This document shows, piece after piece, positions 38,565 through 47,940 of a DNA stretch of 64,000 nt. Every line of letters starts with the position of its first letter. The first letter of the stretch is position 1. Source of the stretch: Promethearchaeota archaeon (GTDB lineage: Archaea; Asgardarchaeota; Lokiarchaeia; Sigyniarchaeales; SOKP01); contig JAEOSU010000051.1 of NCBI GenBank assembly GCA_016840165.1, positions 128,001 to 192,000 on the forward strand. The letters are read 5' to 3'. Position numbers and translations under genes: made by a program. The notes below the pieces were generated by a model, which had not been told where the DNA came from, searched no databases, and was given only the letters and a program-made list of their open reading frames with translations.

Positions 38565-39077
38565 ATGTTTAATATGACTAAAACCGAAGAGAATTTGTTA
38601 TCAGCTTTTGCTGGTGAATCTCAAGCAAATCGAAAATATTTAGCATTTGCAAAAAAGGCTGAAAATGATGGTTATCCCAACGTAGCTCATTTATTTCGAG
38701 CTGCTGCTGCTGCTGAAACGGTACATGCTCACAATCACCTACGTTCTTTAGGAGGTATAAAATCTACTGAAGAAAATTTAAAGGAAGCGATTGGTGGAGA
38801 ATTTTATGAATTTACGGAAATGTATCCTGAATATATTTCTGACGCAGAGTCTGAAGGGAATTCGAATGCTAAAAGATCATTTAATTATGCCAATGAGGTG
38901 GAAAAAATCCATCACAATCTATATGAAAAGGCGTTAAAATCGGTAGAAAACGGAAAAGATCTTTTAGAAACTGAAATATACATCTGTCCTATTTGTGGTT
39001 ACACACATGAGGGAACTCCTCCTGATAACTGTCCCGTCTGCGGAGCTGCTAAAAAAGCTTTCCAAAAAGTAGAATAA
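38565..39077 (+). CDS. rbr: Rubrerythrin
   Basis: AFAGESQANRKY, E..HA, E..E...MYP, E..H, CPICGY and CPVCG motifs. Confidence 0.95.
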   Translation: MFNMTKTEENLLSAFAGESQANRKYLAFAKKAENDGYPNVAHLFRAAAAAETVHAHNHLRSLGGIKSTEENLKEAIGGEFYEFTEMYPEYISDAESEGNSNAKRSFNYANEVEKIHHNLYEKALKSVENGKDLLETEIYICPICGYTHEGTPPDNCPVCGAAKKAFQKVE

Positions 39078-39092
39078 TTTACTCTTTTTTTT

Positions 39093-40676
39093 TTAAATTA
39101 TCCAGGGGCTAAATCCTTGCTGAATTTGATATAAATAATTATTTGACGAAAATCCGACACTACTTTCTGCTTTCTTGAAATCGCTATATCTCGCTCCTTT
39201 ACGGTAATAATCAATTAAAACTTCTGAAATATTAGCATCTCCCAAAGATAGGATGGTTTGTAGCTTTGCTTCTTTTAATATATCCTTAGGCTTGCGAGTC
39301 TTTAACTTCACAGAATTTATCTGCTTTAGTTCATTGATTAACGTCTGCAATTTCGTATTTAAAGTATTAAAATTATTATCCAAATAGTTATCGGTATAAA
39401 AACCATAAGGAGTATTTAATTTGGGGATAAAAGGATTAATATTCACTTTTAAAGTCCCTCTCTTAAAACCTATTGAATCTAGTTTTTTCAATAGATTGAT
39501 TATGTCTTTAATGTTATTCTCCGTTTCAGAAGGCAACCCTATTAAGAAGTACAATTTAATATATTGGATAGAAGAATTATAGATCTTAGTTGCAACCTCC
39601 AGAATTTTATCATTCGTTATTTTTTTTCCTAACCGAAATCTTAATGATTCTGAGCCCGTTTCGGGAGCGATAGTTATTGTATTCATATTGACTTTTTCAA
39701 AAAGCTTAATCAATTCATCAGTTAAATGGTCCAACCTAATTGAAGGTATGCTTAGTTTTTTGTCTTTCGCAATAATATACTCACATATCTCTTTAAATTT
39801 GGGATGAGAAGAAATACATGAGCCAATCAAACTAACTTTCTCGAAGTGCGATTGCTTTATGCCTTCATCAATAAAGTGAGTTAAATTGTCAAAACTCTTA
39901 TTCCTAAAGGGACTATTATGAAAGGAAGATATGCAAAATTTACATTGAAATGGACATCCTCGATTTACTTCTACAAAAAAATTTTGCTCAAATATCTTGC
40001 CTTTCTCTTCATCACTGGATATGGTTTGATATATTGGATTCGGGGATTCATCAAGGTTTTTTAATAAACCTCTCTTTGGATGGTTATTAAGTGAGGGTAT
40101 ATATATTCCTTCCATACCACTAATCTTAATCAATGAGTTGTTTAATTGCTGGTATCCTAATTTCAAATCAATCATCTCTTCTAAAAATGGTATAAGAGTT
40201 TTTTCTGAATCACCGATGAAAAATACATCAATTATTTCGCTTAAAGGTAGTGGATTAGAAGTTATTACAGGACCTCCAGCAATTATTAAAGGAAAAACTA
40301 TATCCTGATTTTCTTGCTTTTCAACTCTCTCCTTTCGGCTTAGGGGTATTCCTGCTTTATCCAAGGTCCATAAAATATTTTTTAAATCATTTTCGTAGTG
40401 AGCTGAAAATCCTAGTACATCAAATTCCGTTGGTAATATTCTATTTTCTAAACTTCGGATAACATTTGTTGGGGAATGATCATTAGAAGCAGGATATACT
40501 AACTTATCTGGAAGGAATATTCTTTCACAGAGAAATCTTTCATGAGAATTTATCATGTAATAAAGAAGACGGATAGCATAAGAAGAATTAGCTAATTTAT
40601 AGGAATTTGGATAAATTAAACCAAATGTAAGATCAACATGTCTCCAATCTTTAACGATTAATCCTTCATCTATCAT
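39093..40676 (-). CDS. Radical SAM protein (B12-binding-like N-terminus, COG1032/TIGR03960-like)
   Basis: YPN.Y...S, AGGP..T.NP.P, RGCPFQCKFC, APETGS, YFLIGLP.E and FIPK..TP motifs. Confidence 0.88.
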   Translation of the reverse strand: MIDEGLIVKDWRHVDLTFGLIYPNSYKLANSSYAIRLLYYMINSHERFLCERIFLPDKLVYPASNDHSPTNVIRSLENRILPTEFDVLGFSAHYENDLKNILWTLDKAGIPLSRKERVEKQENQDIVFPLIIAGGPVITSNPLPLSEIIDVFFIGDSEKTLIPFLEEMIDLKLGYQQLNNSLIKISGMEGIYIPSLNNHPKRGLLKNLDESPNPIYQTISSDEEKGKIFEQNFFVEVNRGCPFQCKFCISSFHNSPFRNKSFDNLTHFIDEGIKQSHFEKVSLIGSCISSHPKFKEICEYIIAKDKKLSIPSIRLDHLTDELIKLFEKVNMNTITIAPETGSESLRFRLGKKITNDKILEVATKIYNSSIQYIKLYFLIGLPSETENNIKDIINLLKKLDSIGFKRGTLKVNINPFIPKLNTPYGFYTDNYLDNNFNTLNTKLQTLINELKQINSVKLKTRKPKDILKEAKLQTILSLGDANISEVLIDYYRKGARYSDFKKAESSVGFSSNNYLYQIQQGFSPWII

Positions 40677-40708
40677 TTATAAAATTGCTCAGTATAAAAC
40701 GCTATATA

Positions 40709-41509
40709 CTAATTATTTGTATCTTTTTTAGTTTTAAGTTTTTTGATCTCTTCCACTATCAGTGGTAATATGGTTCCAGTCTTATGATGAATTACAACTT
40801 CAGCCTTTTCATCTAAATAAGTAGGTTGATCATTCACAATAATTAGTTTTCCACCATCTCTGAGGGTATATAAAGGTAGGTTTGAAACAGGAGCAACTTC
40901 TAAGGAAGAACCTGCTATTAACATAACATCTGCTTTTTGAGATAATGCTTGAGATTGATATATCTCGAAAGTAGGAAGAGGCTCTCCAAAAAGCGTGACT
41001 GAAGGCTTTAAAGGCGCAGTACAAACGTCACATAAAGGTGGATAGCTTTTTTCTTTTTTCAACTTTTTTAATACCTGTTCTTTAGTATAGGATGCTTTGC
41101 ATCCCAAACATGTAAAACGATTAACATTTCCATGAACTTCATAGACAATAACTGCACCCGCTTTTTGGTGCAGTTCATCAATATTTTGAGTAATTATCGC
41201 CTTTATAACATCCATTTTTTCTAACTCTGCTATTGCAATATGTCCGGGATTAGGTTTTGCTTTAAATAAAGTCGGTGCTACTTTTTCCGCTAATTCCCAA
41301 AACTTTGTAGGATTTTTTATAAAAGCTTGAATGTTTCCATAAATCTCAGGCTTATATTTTTCCCAGATACCACCATCGCCCCTAAAATCTGGAATTCCTG
41401 ATTCAGTTGATATTCCTGCACCTGTTAATACAATAGCATTCTTTGCATTAAACAACATTTCAGCAGCGTGGAGAATTTTCTTTTTTTCTAATACTTTAAT
41501 AACTTTCAT
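40709..41509 (-). CDS. cobB: NAD-dependent protein deacylase (Sir2 family)
   Basis: GAGISTESGIPDFRG, TQNID.LH, HG, two CxxC, FGE and GSSL.V.P motifs. Confidence 0.95.
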   Translation of the reverse strand: MKVIKVLEKKKILHAAEMLFNAKNAIVLTGAGISTESGIPDFRGDGGIWEKYKPEIYGNIQAFIKNPTKFWELAEKVAPTLFKAKPNPGHIAIAELEKMDVIKAIITQNIDELHQKAGAVIVYEVHGNVNRFTCLGCKASYTKEQVLKKLKKEKSYPPLCDVCTAPLKPSVTLFGEPLPTFEIYQSQALSQKADVMLIAGSSLEVAPVSNLPLYTLRDGGKLIIVNDQPTYLDEKAEVVIHHKTGTILPLIVEEIKKLKTKKDTNN

Positions 41510-41843
41510 ATAATCTCAAGCTGATATGAATTTAAATTGATATAAAATCCATTTAGTATTAAGTGATAATCATAATTTAAAATATTTGTCTTTATTCTTT
41601 AAAATTCTCTTAAGTATTAAGTATTTTTGACAATATTATAAATCTTATGCTCCGAATAAAAAATAGTATGAACGAATGAAAAGAGACAATGACATTGACT
41701 TTCCTTTATCGATTTTTTTTTAAAAAGAGAAGCTAAATTTAATTTTGTCACTATAATAATAAAAACTTTAAGAATTGCATAATTTTAAATTTCTGAAGTA
41801 ATACCATTAATTTGATTTAGTTAAAACTAAAAAGATCTTACTT

Positions 41844-42731
41844 ATGATTACTGGATTTTCTATCATACTAAACGAGGATATATTATACGTATCTAATTCC
41901 AAAAAGTATAATTTTTTTGAGATTGTCCTCTTTGTTCAGAAACTAATCACAAGTATTAATCCAAAGAATTCATGGCGTTTATCAAATATCTATTTTGAAG
42001 GAGAACCCGGAAAGGAACGAATGATAATTCATCATGAACTTACCTCTGATGAGAACCATTTATTTTTTTGCATTACTGGTGATTTTTTATCTGAATCTGA
42101 AGAAGTTAATAAAATGTTATTAGAATACGTGGAAAAAGTTAAAGCAAATTATGCTTCTGGAGAGGAAATACAAAAAGCAGCAAAAAAAACCGAGTTTAAA
42201 GCGGTCATTAAGCTAATTACTGGTTATTTATGGGATAAGTATAGGGATCCAATTGAAGATGAGAGTATAGTTCATAAATCAAATAATAATGAGAACAGAA
42301 TAATTTATTGTGGTATTTCTTCCCAAGGATTACCAATTATTTCACAACTTTACGACAAAAGTTTGCTGAATAATCTTTCTCGTGATATTAACGATGAGAA
42401 TATTGAACTATTCAGCTCTAATCTTTCAGCAAAATTAGCAACAATAGCAATGAACACCCAAATCAGGGCTAAAACTAACATTAAAGAAATCCATTTTAGT
42501 GATTTAGACGATAGAGGATCTAAAAAACTCATTTTCTATGGACAAATTAATGGTTATTCTTTGGATTTCTTTGCAACAGGAGATTTTAATAAAATTAAGG
42601 AAATATTTATTGAATTAGAACAAAAAATTTCTCAAGATCAAGTTCTTCATCATGAATTTTCGGGGGACTTGAAACCATTTCGCTCCTTAAAGACTTATTT
42701 AGATGAAATTATCCAACAATTTGATCAATAA
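41844..42731 (+). CDS. Tandem longin/roadblock-like (profilin-fold) protein
   Basis: Two beta-beta-alpha-beta-beta-beta-alpha units: MITGFSII...ILY..FEIVLFV and IIYCGISSQGLPII...SAKLATIAMN. Confidence 0.6.
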   Translation: MITGFSIILNEDILYVSNSKKYNFFEIVLFVQKLITSINPKNSWRLSNIYFEGEPGKERMIIHHELTSDENHLFFCITGDFLSESEEVNKMLLEYVEKVKANYASGEEIQKAAKKTEFKAVIKLITGYLWDKYRDPIEDESIVHKSNNNENRIIYCGISSQGLPIISQLYDKSLLNNLSRDINDENIELFSSNLSAKLATIAMNTQIRAKTNIKEIHFSDLDDRGSKKLIFYGQINGYSLDFFATGDFNKIKEIFIELEQKISQDQVLHHEFSGDLKPFRSLKTYLDEIIQQFDQ

Positions 42732-42762
42732 TTTCTAATAGAATGGTTTTTATTAGTTAATT

Positions 42763-44064
42763 ATGAAAGCTGTGATCTTAGCAGCTGGAGAAGGTAAGCG
42801 GTTAAGACCTATTACCTCTAGCCGACCTAAGCCAATGATCCCGATTTCTGGTAAGCCTTTACTGGAACACACTATTCTGAGTTTAAAATCAGCGGGAATA
42901 AAAGAAATTTTACTTATTGTTGGATATAAAGAAGAAAATATTAAAAATTGTTTTGAAGATGGCACTAAGTATAATCTTAGCATAAATTATATTACTCAAG
43001 GTAAATATGAGGGTACAGCTCATGCAACGAGGCATGCTAAAGATTTTGTAAAAAATGATTCCTTCCTCCTTCTTTATGGTGATATTTTAGTAGAAGGTTC
43101 CGTTTTTACGGAAATTATTAGAGTATTCAAACAAAAAGATTGTGAAGGGGTGATTTCCTTAATTCGGGTAAATAATCCACATGAATATGGTATTATTTCT
43201 TTAAATGAAAAACAATATGTAGTAAAAGTAACCGAAAAGCCCTCCCCTGAAAAGGAATTGGGGAATTTAGCGAATGCAGGAATTTATATGTTCTCATCGC
43301 AGATATTTCAGGCAATAGATAAAACTCAAAAATCTATCCGTAATGAATATGAATTTACCGATTCAATGAGAATTTTAATTACAGAACTGAAAGGAAAAAT
43401 TGTTGGATATGAAATAAAAGATAAATTCTGGAGCGATATTGGGTTACCTTGGCAATTGCTTGATGCAAATCATTATAAATTAGACAATTTAAAAGCTGAA
43501 AATCATGGTATAGTAGAAGATAACGTAGTGTTGAATGGAGTAGTCTATATTGGGAAAAATACAATAATTAAATCAGGTACTTATATTCATGGTCCTGTTT
43601 TTATTGGTGAAAATTGCAGAATTGGTCCTAATGCGTATATACGACCATACTCATCAATTGGAAATTCCTGCCACGTAGGTATGTCCGAAATTAAAAACTC
43701 AATTATATTTTCCAATTCCGCTATACCTCACTTTAATTATATAGGGGATTCTATCATTTGTGAGCATGTTAATTTAGGTGCGGGAACAAAAACTTCAAAC
43801 TTGAGATTTGACAATAAATCGGTGAAAATGAAAATAAAAGACATTGAAATCGATTCAAAAAGAAGAAAATTAGGTTGTATTATTGGTCCATATTCTCAAA
43901 CTGGGATTAATGCCAGCATAATGTGTGGTAAAATTATCTATGAAAATTCTATTATTGGTGCTCAAACACTAATTAATAAAGATGTTCCACCTAATACGCT
44001 CGCGTATCAAGATCAAAATGGAAATGTGGTCTTTAAACCTAATAATTTTACAATTAATGAATAA
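42763..44064 (+). CDS. glmU: Archaeal bifunctional sugar-1-phosphate nucleotidylyl/acetyltransferase (GlmU-like)
   Basis: LAAGEGKRLRP.T..RPKPM, GTAHA, S.RNEYE.TD, PWQLL, IGPN.YIRP, H.NYIGDS and RRKLG motifs. Confidence 0.9.
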   Translation: MKAVILAAGEGKRLRPITSSRPKPMIPISGKPLLEHTILSLKSAGIKEILLIVGYKEENIKNCFEDGTKYNLSINYITQGKYEGTAHATRHAKDFVKNDSFLLLYGDILVEGSVFTEIIRVFKQKDCEGVISLIRVNNPHEYGIISLNEKQYVVKVTEKPSPEKELGNLANAGIYMFSSQIFQAIDKTQKSIRNEYEFTDSMRILITELKGKIVGYEIKDKFWSDIGLPWQLLDANHYKLDNLKAENHGIVEDNVVLNGVVYIGKNTIIKSGTYIHGPVFIGENCRIGPNAYIRPYSSIGNSCHVGMSEIKNSIIFSNSAIPHFNYIGDSIICEHVNLGAGTKTSNLRFDNKSVKMKIKDIEIDSKRRKLGCIIGPYSQTGINASIMCGKIIYENSIIGAQTLINKDVPPNTLAYQDQNGNVVFKPNNFTINE

Positions 44065-44070
44065 ATCAAA

Positions 44071-45783
44071 TTACCTCTTTTTTAAACTACGTAATAATTT
44101 TGAAAATTGGGATGGTTTTAACTCGATATTTAACTCTGCTAATGCTTGTTCTTGATATGCAATAAATAATTTATTTGAAAAAGCCTCCCAATCTCTACAG
44201 ATATTTAATGTTTCGTGATCATTTTTCAATAGACTTTCGGTATCCATTATTCTTTTAAATTCCAACGTATATTCCATAATTTTTTCACCATCTGCTCCCT
44301 TGAGCAAGTCATTAATAAAATCCTCAGGGGAATACCAGCTAACAACTCTTTGAAAATCTCTATGAATTTGCGTAAGCAATACGCTTCTTGGACCCTCCCA
44401 AAGCTCCATAATCATTGAATCTCGATGCAGACGTGGTAGTGATAAAAAATCTTCCATAACTCCATGCCCGCCAAAAAAAGAAATTGCTAATCGAATCATT
44501 TTAGGTGCTTCATCAGCAACCACTATTTTTTGAAGCATGATTAATTCACGTAATCTAAACCGACGCTTTCTCTCCTCTAAATTATCAATTTTTACCATCT
44601 CTCTTATTCCACTTATCAGTTGTTCTCCAAAATCAATATACTCTGAATAGACTTTAAAAGCTCCTGCAGCAGTTCGCATCGCATAATAATTTAGATCATT
44701 TATTTGATTGATCATTAATGGAAACAACGATACAGGAACGCCAAAAGCTTCGCGGAATTGAGCATATAAACTTGCCTCTCGTGCAACTCTAAGCGCTCCA
44801 GCTGCCATACCAAAAGCAACATGCAGTCTTGACAGTGATAAAACAATTCCTACTACATCGGCCAATCCCTTTTCTAAAGGACCAACAGGATAAGCAACAG
44901 CTCCATTATAAGTGACTTCTGCTGTTGGTAATTCAGCAGTTCCTAATTTAGGTTTAAGTCTATCAATAGTATATGAATTACGAATTTCTCTCTTTTTATT
45001 TCCAGGAAGCCAAGACGGAACAACAAAAGCTGCTATCTTAGTAGACGATGGAACGTCTTTAGGTTTGGCGGTAACTAAAGCATAGTCGGTATGAACTGCT
45101 GAACAAAAGAACTTTTTGCCATAGAGACGCCAACAGTGTGAGTATCCATCAGGTCCTTCAGATTCATCAAATACAGCTTCAACAAGATTAGCTGGAACAT
45201 CACTCCCTCCTTGAATCTCACTGACAAACTGAGCTCCTCTGGCATAATCGCCTTTCATTCCATCCCTTAGGTTTTGTAATATAGATTTCGACGGATCAGA
45301 CAACTCTGATTCATACTTTTGTAATAACCAAATTAAACCATGAGTACACGCTATAGGGCACATACATCCTGCTTCACCATTCTCATATAGCAAGAACATC
45401 TTTACAAATCTACTCCATGGCGTATTTCTAGTTGGATCAAACAATCCTAAGCTAAATATCTCTCTTTCTAACGTTTCAGTTTCTAAACATCTCTCAATCC
45501 TGTCAATTCGGTGATTAAAAGCATCAAAATGTCTCAATTTAGTCACTTTCATGCGATTTTCAAGCTCGTTCGCTTGATTGGCAAGATCTCTCCACTTAAA
45601 TGATACGTAATTGGACAGAGCATTTAGATCTCTGTCTACTTTTTCGAATTCTTCTTTGGGAAGGTAATGTTTTACTAATATTTGTAGAAATTTATCATCA
45701 GAATAATAGTTAAAATTATCTCTAACAAGGAGATAATCATCAAAAGAATAAGAATTATCTCTATTTCCTTCTTGATTGGACAT
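44071..45783 (-). CDS. Acyl-CoA dehydrogenase family protein (AidB-like)
   Basis: CP.ACT, QF.SE.QGGSD, L.G.KFFCS, RLK.KLGT..LPTAE, R.AFG, GGHG..E.F and WEG motifs. Confidence 0.9.
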   Translation of the reverse strand: MSNQEGNRDNSYSFDDYLLVRDNFNYYSDDKFLQILVKHYLPKEEFEKVDRDLNALSNYVSFKWRDLANQANELENRMKVTKLRHFDAFNHRIDRIERCLETETLEREIFSLGLFDPTRNTPWSRFVKMFLLYENGEAGCMCPIACTHGLIWLLQKYESELSDPSKSILQNLRDGMKGDYARGAQFVSEIQGGSDVPANLVEAVFDESEGPDGYSHCWRLYGKKFFCSAVHTDYALVTAKPKDVPSSTKIAAFVVPSWLPGNKKREIRNSYTIDRLKPKLGTAELPTAEVTYNGAVAYPVGPLEKGLADVVGIVLSLSRLHVAFGMAAGALRVAREASLYAQFREAFGVPVSLFPLMINQINDLNYYAMRTAAGAFKVYSEYIDFGEQLISGIREMVKIDNLEERKRRFRLRELIMLQKIVVADEAPKMIRLAISFFGGHGVMEDFLSLPRLHRDSMIMELWEGPRSVLLTQIHRDFQRVVSWYSPEDFINDLLKGADGEKIMEYTLEFKRIMDTESLLKNDHETLNICRDWEAFSNKLFIAYQEQALAELNIELKPSQFSKLLRSLKKR

Positions 45784-45903
45784 TCATATCACTATAAAGA
45801 TAATGATTATAATAAAAAATAAATCTTTAATAAAAAATTATTTGAATATTCTCAAAAATAATTTTAGATTTTCTAAAAAAAGAAATTATAATAAGCTTAA
45901 GCT

Positions 45904-46710
45904 CTAATCTTCCTCTTCTGACTCTTCCTCAGGCTCACTTTCAACTTCCTCCTCTTCTTCTACTTTTTTAGATTCGGGTCGAGTGCGAGCAAGTTTTTTA
46001 ACATTAATTCTTTCAGTTCTTTTAATTTCACTCTTTCTACTTCGCTTCACATCAATCTCAACGATATCAAAGTCAGTTTCCTTAGGAATAAATTCTGTAT
46101 CTTCTCCACCTTCAGGAATTTGTACTAATTTACTTTTAATAATATTCGAACTAGAAAGTGGATAAATGGTTTTTGCCACTCGAAGGATCTGATTTTGAAA
46201 TTCGCCAAAAATCATTCCTGTGATGAATTTTTCATGATTAAGAGATCTCGCAAACTCTCTGAGAATTTCGCGTATGATCTTTCGTATTAAAATTTGTTGT
46301 GAATTACGGGCTCTTCTAATTGTTGTACAAACCACCGTTAACCTAAACGTATATTGGTCTTTAGTCTTAAGATTAATAATAGATTGGACTTTAGAGCTTC
46401 CCCTACTGATTAAGGATCTGATGTAATCATTAGTGTATTGATGACCAATAAAGATGCTTTTACAAGTTTTTGCTTCTGGATTGACTTCAACGATTTTAAA
46501 TTTTAATTTAAGACTAATGTCTGAATAATCATCTGTGAAATCGTATAATAGATTTTCAATTGTCCTACCGTCTAAATTACCTTCTACTCCTAGCACATCC
46601 CCAATTGACTTGAAATTAAAACTTTTAGGGGCAATTACATTATACCAATCTTTATCTTTAAAGGAAACCTTTTTAATTTTCGCCTTTCTTTTTCGTGCTT
46701 TTTGACTCAT
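45904..46710 (-). CDS. rps3ae: 30S ribosomal protein S3Ae (eS1) with long C-terminal tail
   Basis: K.WY.V.AP..F, GR..E..L.D, F.GH....DY.RSL..R..SK, Q...IR and IYPL motifs. Confidence 0.95.
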   Translation of the reverse strand: MSQKARKRKAKIKKVSFKDKDWYNVIAPKSFNFKSIGDVLGVEGNLDGRTIENLLYDFTDDYSDISLKLKFKIVEVNPEAKTCKSIFIGHQYTNDYIRSLISRGSSKVQSIINLKTKDQYTFRLTVVCTTIRRARNSQQILIRKIIREILREFARSLNHEKFITGMIFGEFQNQILRVAKTIYPLSSSNIIKSKLVQIPEGGEDTEFIPKETDFDIVEIDVKRSRKSEIKRTERINVKKLARTRPESKKVEEEEEVESEPEEESEEED

Positions 46711-46716
46711 AAAAAG

Positions 46717-47175
46717 TTACCTCGCGACAAGTGTCCTGATTTTATCTGGATCATATTTGAAATCAGGAGCAAGAACTTTACTTTTTTTATAATATTTAAT
46801 TAAGCGATAAATCTTAGATTCCGTTCGTTGTAATCCTTTCCTCGACTCAAGATCTTTATGATTCGATTCCAAGTGTTCTCTTAAAGTAAGTGCTTTTTTT
46901 ACTAAATTGGTTAAATCTTCAGGTAATGGTGATTCAATACCATTTTCTTCCAGAATTTGGCTTATTGACTTCCCTGTGACTATTTTAACTAAAGGTACTC
47001 CATAGGAATCTCGCAATATGATCCCAATTTTTGACTTTGAATGACCCTTTCTAGCTAATTTTACTACTTCACTTTCAACTTCATCCGCAGAAAGTTCAAC
47101 CCATACTGGTTTTTCTAACCGGGCAGGTCGAGTTGATCCCGATTTTCCTCGTTTTCTGCTATGCATTCGAGCCAT
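46717..47175 (-). CDS. rps15: 30S ribosomal protein S15 (uS15/S13e)
   Basis: MARMHSRKRGKSGS, IG..LRD.YG, LPEDL, ESKI.RL..YYK motifs. Confidence 0.97.
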   Translation of the reverse strand: MARMHSRKRGKSGSTRPARLEKPVWVELSADEVESEVVKLARKGHSKSKIGIILRDSYGVPLVKIVTGKSISQILEENGIESPLPEDLTNLVKKALTLREHLESNHKDLESRKGLQRTESKIYRLIKYYKKSKVLAPDFKYDPDKIRTLVAR

Positions 47176-47355
47176 AATAAATGTCCTTTTACCTTACAAA
47201 TTTCAATTTAGAAACAATAATAATACAATTAGTAAAGAACCATTTAAAATAAAATTTTGGAATTTAATTTCCTTCACTTTAGGATGACTCCATACACTAA
47301 CACTTTATCACACTTTATTCGAAATTTAAATAATAATTCCTATATTATTGCAATA

Positions 47356-47940
47356 ATGAGTGGAGATAGAGAAATAATATATTTTGTGACAGGAAATCAA
47401 TATAAATTTGATGAAATAGCCAAATTATTTGAGAAAACGGAAGTAAAATATCATTTGGAACAAAAAGATCTTCCAATGATTGAAATTCAAGCAGAAACTA
47501 TGAAAGAAGTGGCAATTTTTAAATTAGAAAGCATAAAAGTAGATATCCAAGGTTCATACTTTATCGAGGATGCTGGATTTTTTGTTGATGTGCCTCTTAA
47601 TGGCTTCCCAGGGATCTATTCGAAGTATGTACTTCATTCAATCGGAAATGAAGGTATATTACGCTTAATAAATGATTTTGATGCTGCTAGAGCTCATTTT
47701 GAGTCAGTTATTGCACTTTATCATAAACCTTTAGATAAAATACTTATATTCGAGGGTAAAGTTGAAGGTATTATATCTCCTATCAAAAAAGGAGAATATG
47801 GATTTGGATTTGACCCTATTTTTATCCCAAATGAGATGCCTTATAAAACATTTGCAGAATTAACAATAAATGAGAAAAACCAATTTTCTCATCGAGCAAA
47901 AGCCTGGAATCAATTAATAACCTATTTAAAAGAAACTTAA
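47356..47940 (+). CDS. rdgB: Non-canonical purine NTP pyrophosphatase (RdgB/HAM1)
   Basis: F.TGN..K, EIQ, EDAG, L.GFPG.YS, GFGFDPIF, AE...EKN.FSHR motifs; ATG 47356 preferred over TTG 47257. Confidence 0.93.
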   Translation: MSGDREIIYFVTGNQYKFDEIAKLFEKTEVKYHLEQKDLPMIEIQAETMKEVAIFKLESIKVDIQGSYFIEDAGFFVDVPLNGFPGIYSKYVLHSIGNEGILRLINDFDAARAHFESVIALYHKPLDKILIFEGKVEGIISPIKKGEYGFGFDPIFIPNEMPYKTFAELTINEKNQFSHRAKAWNQLITYLKET

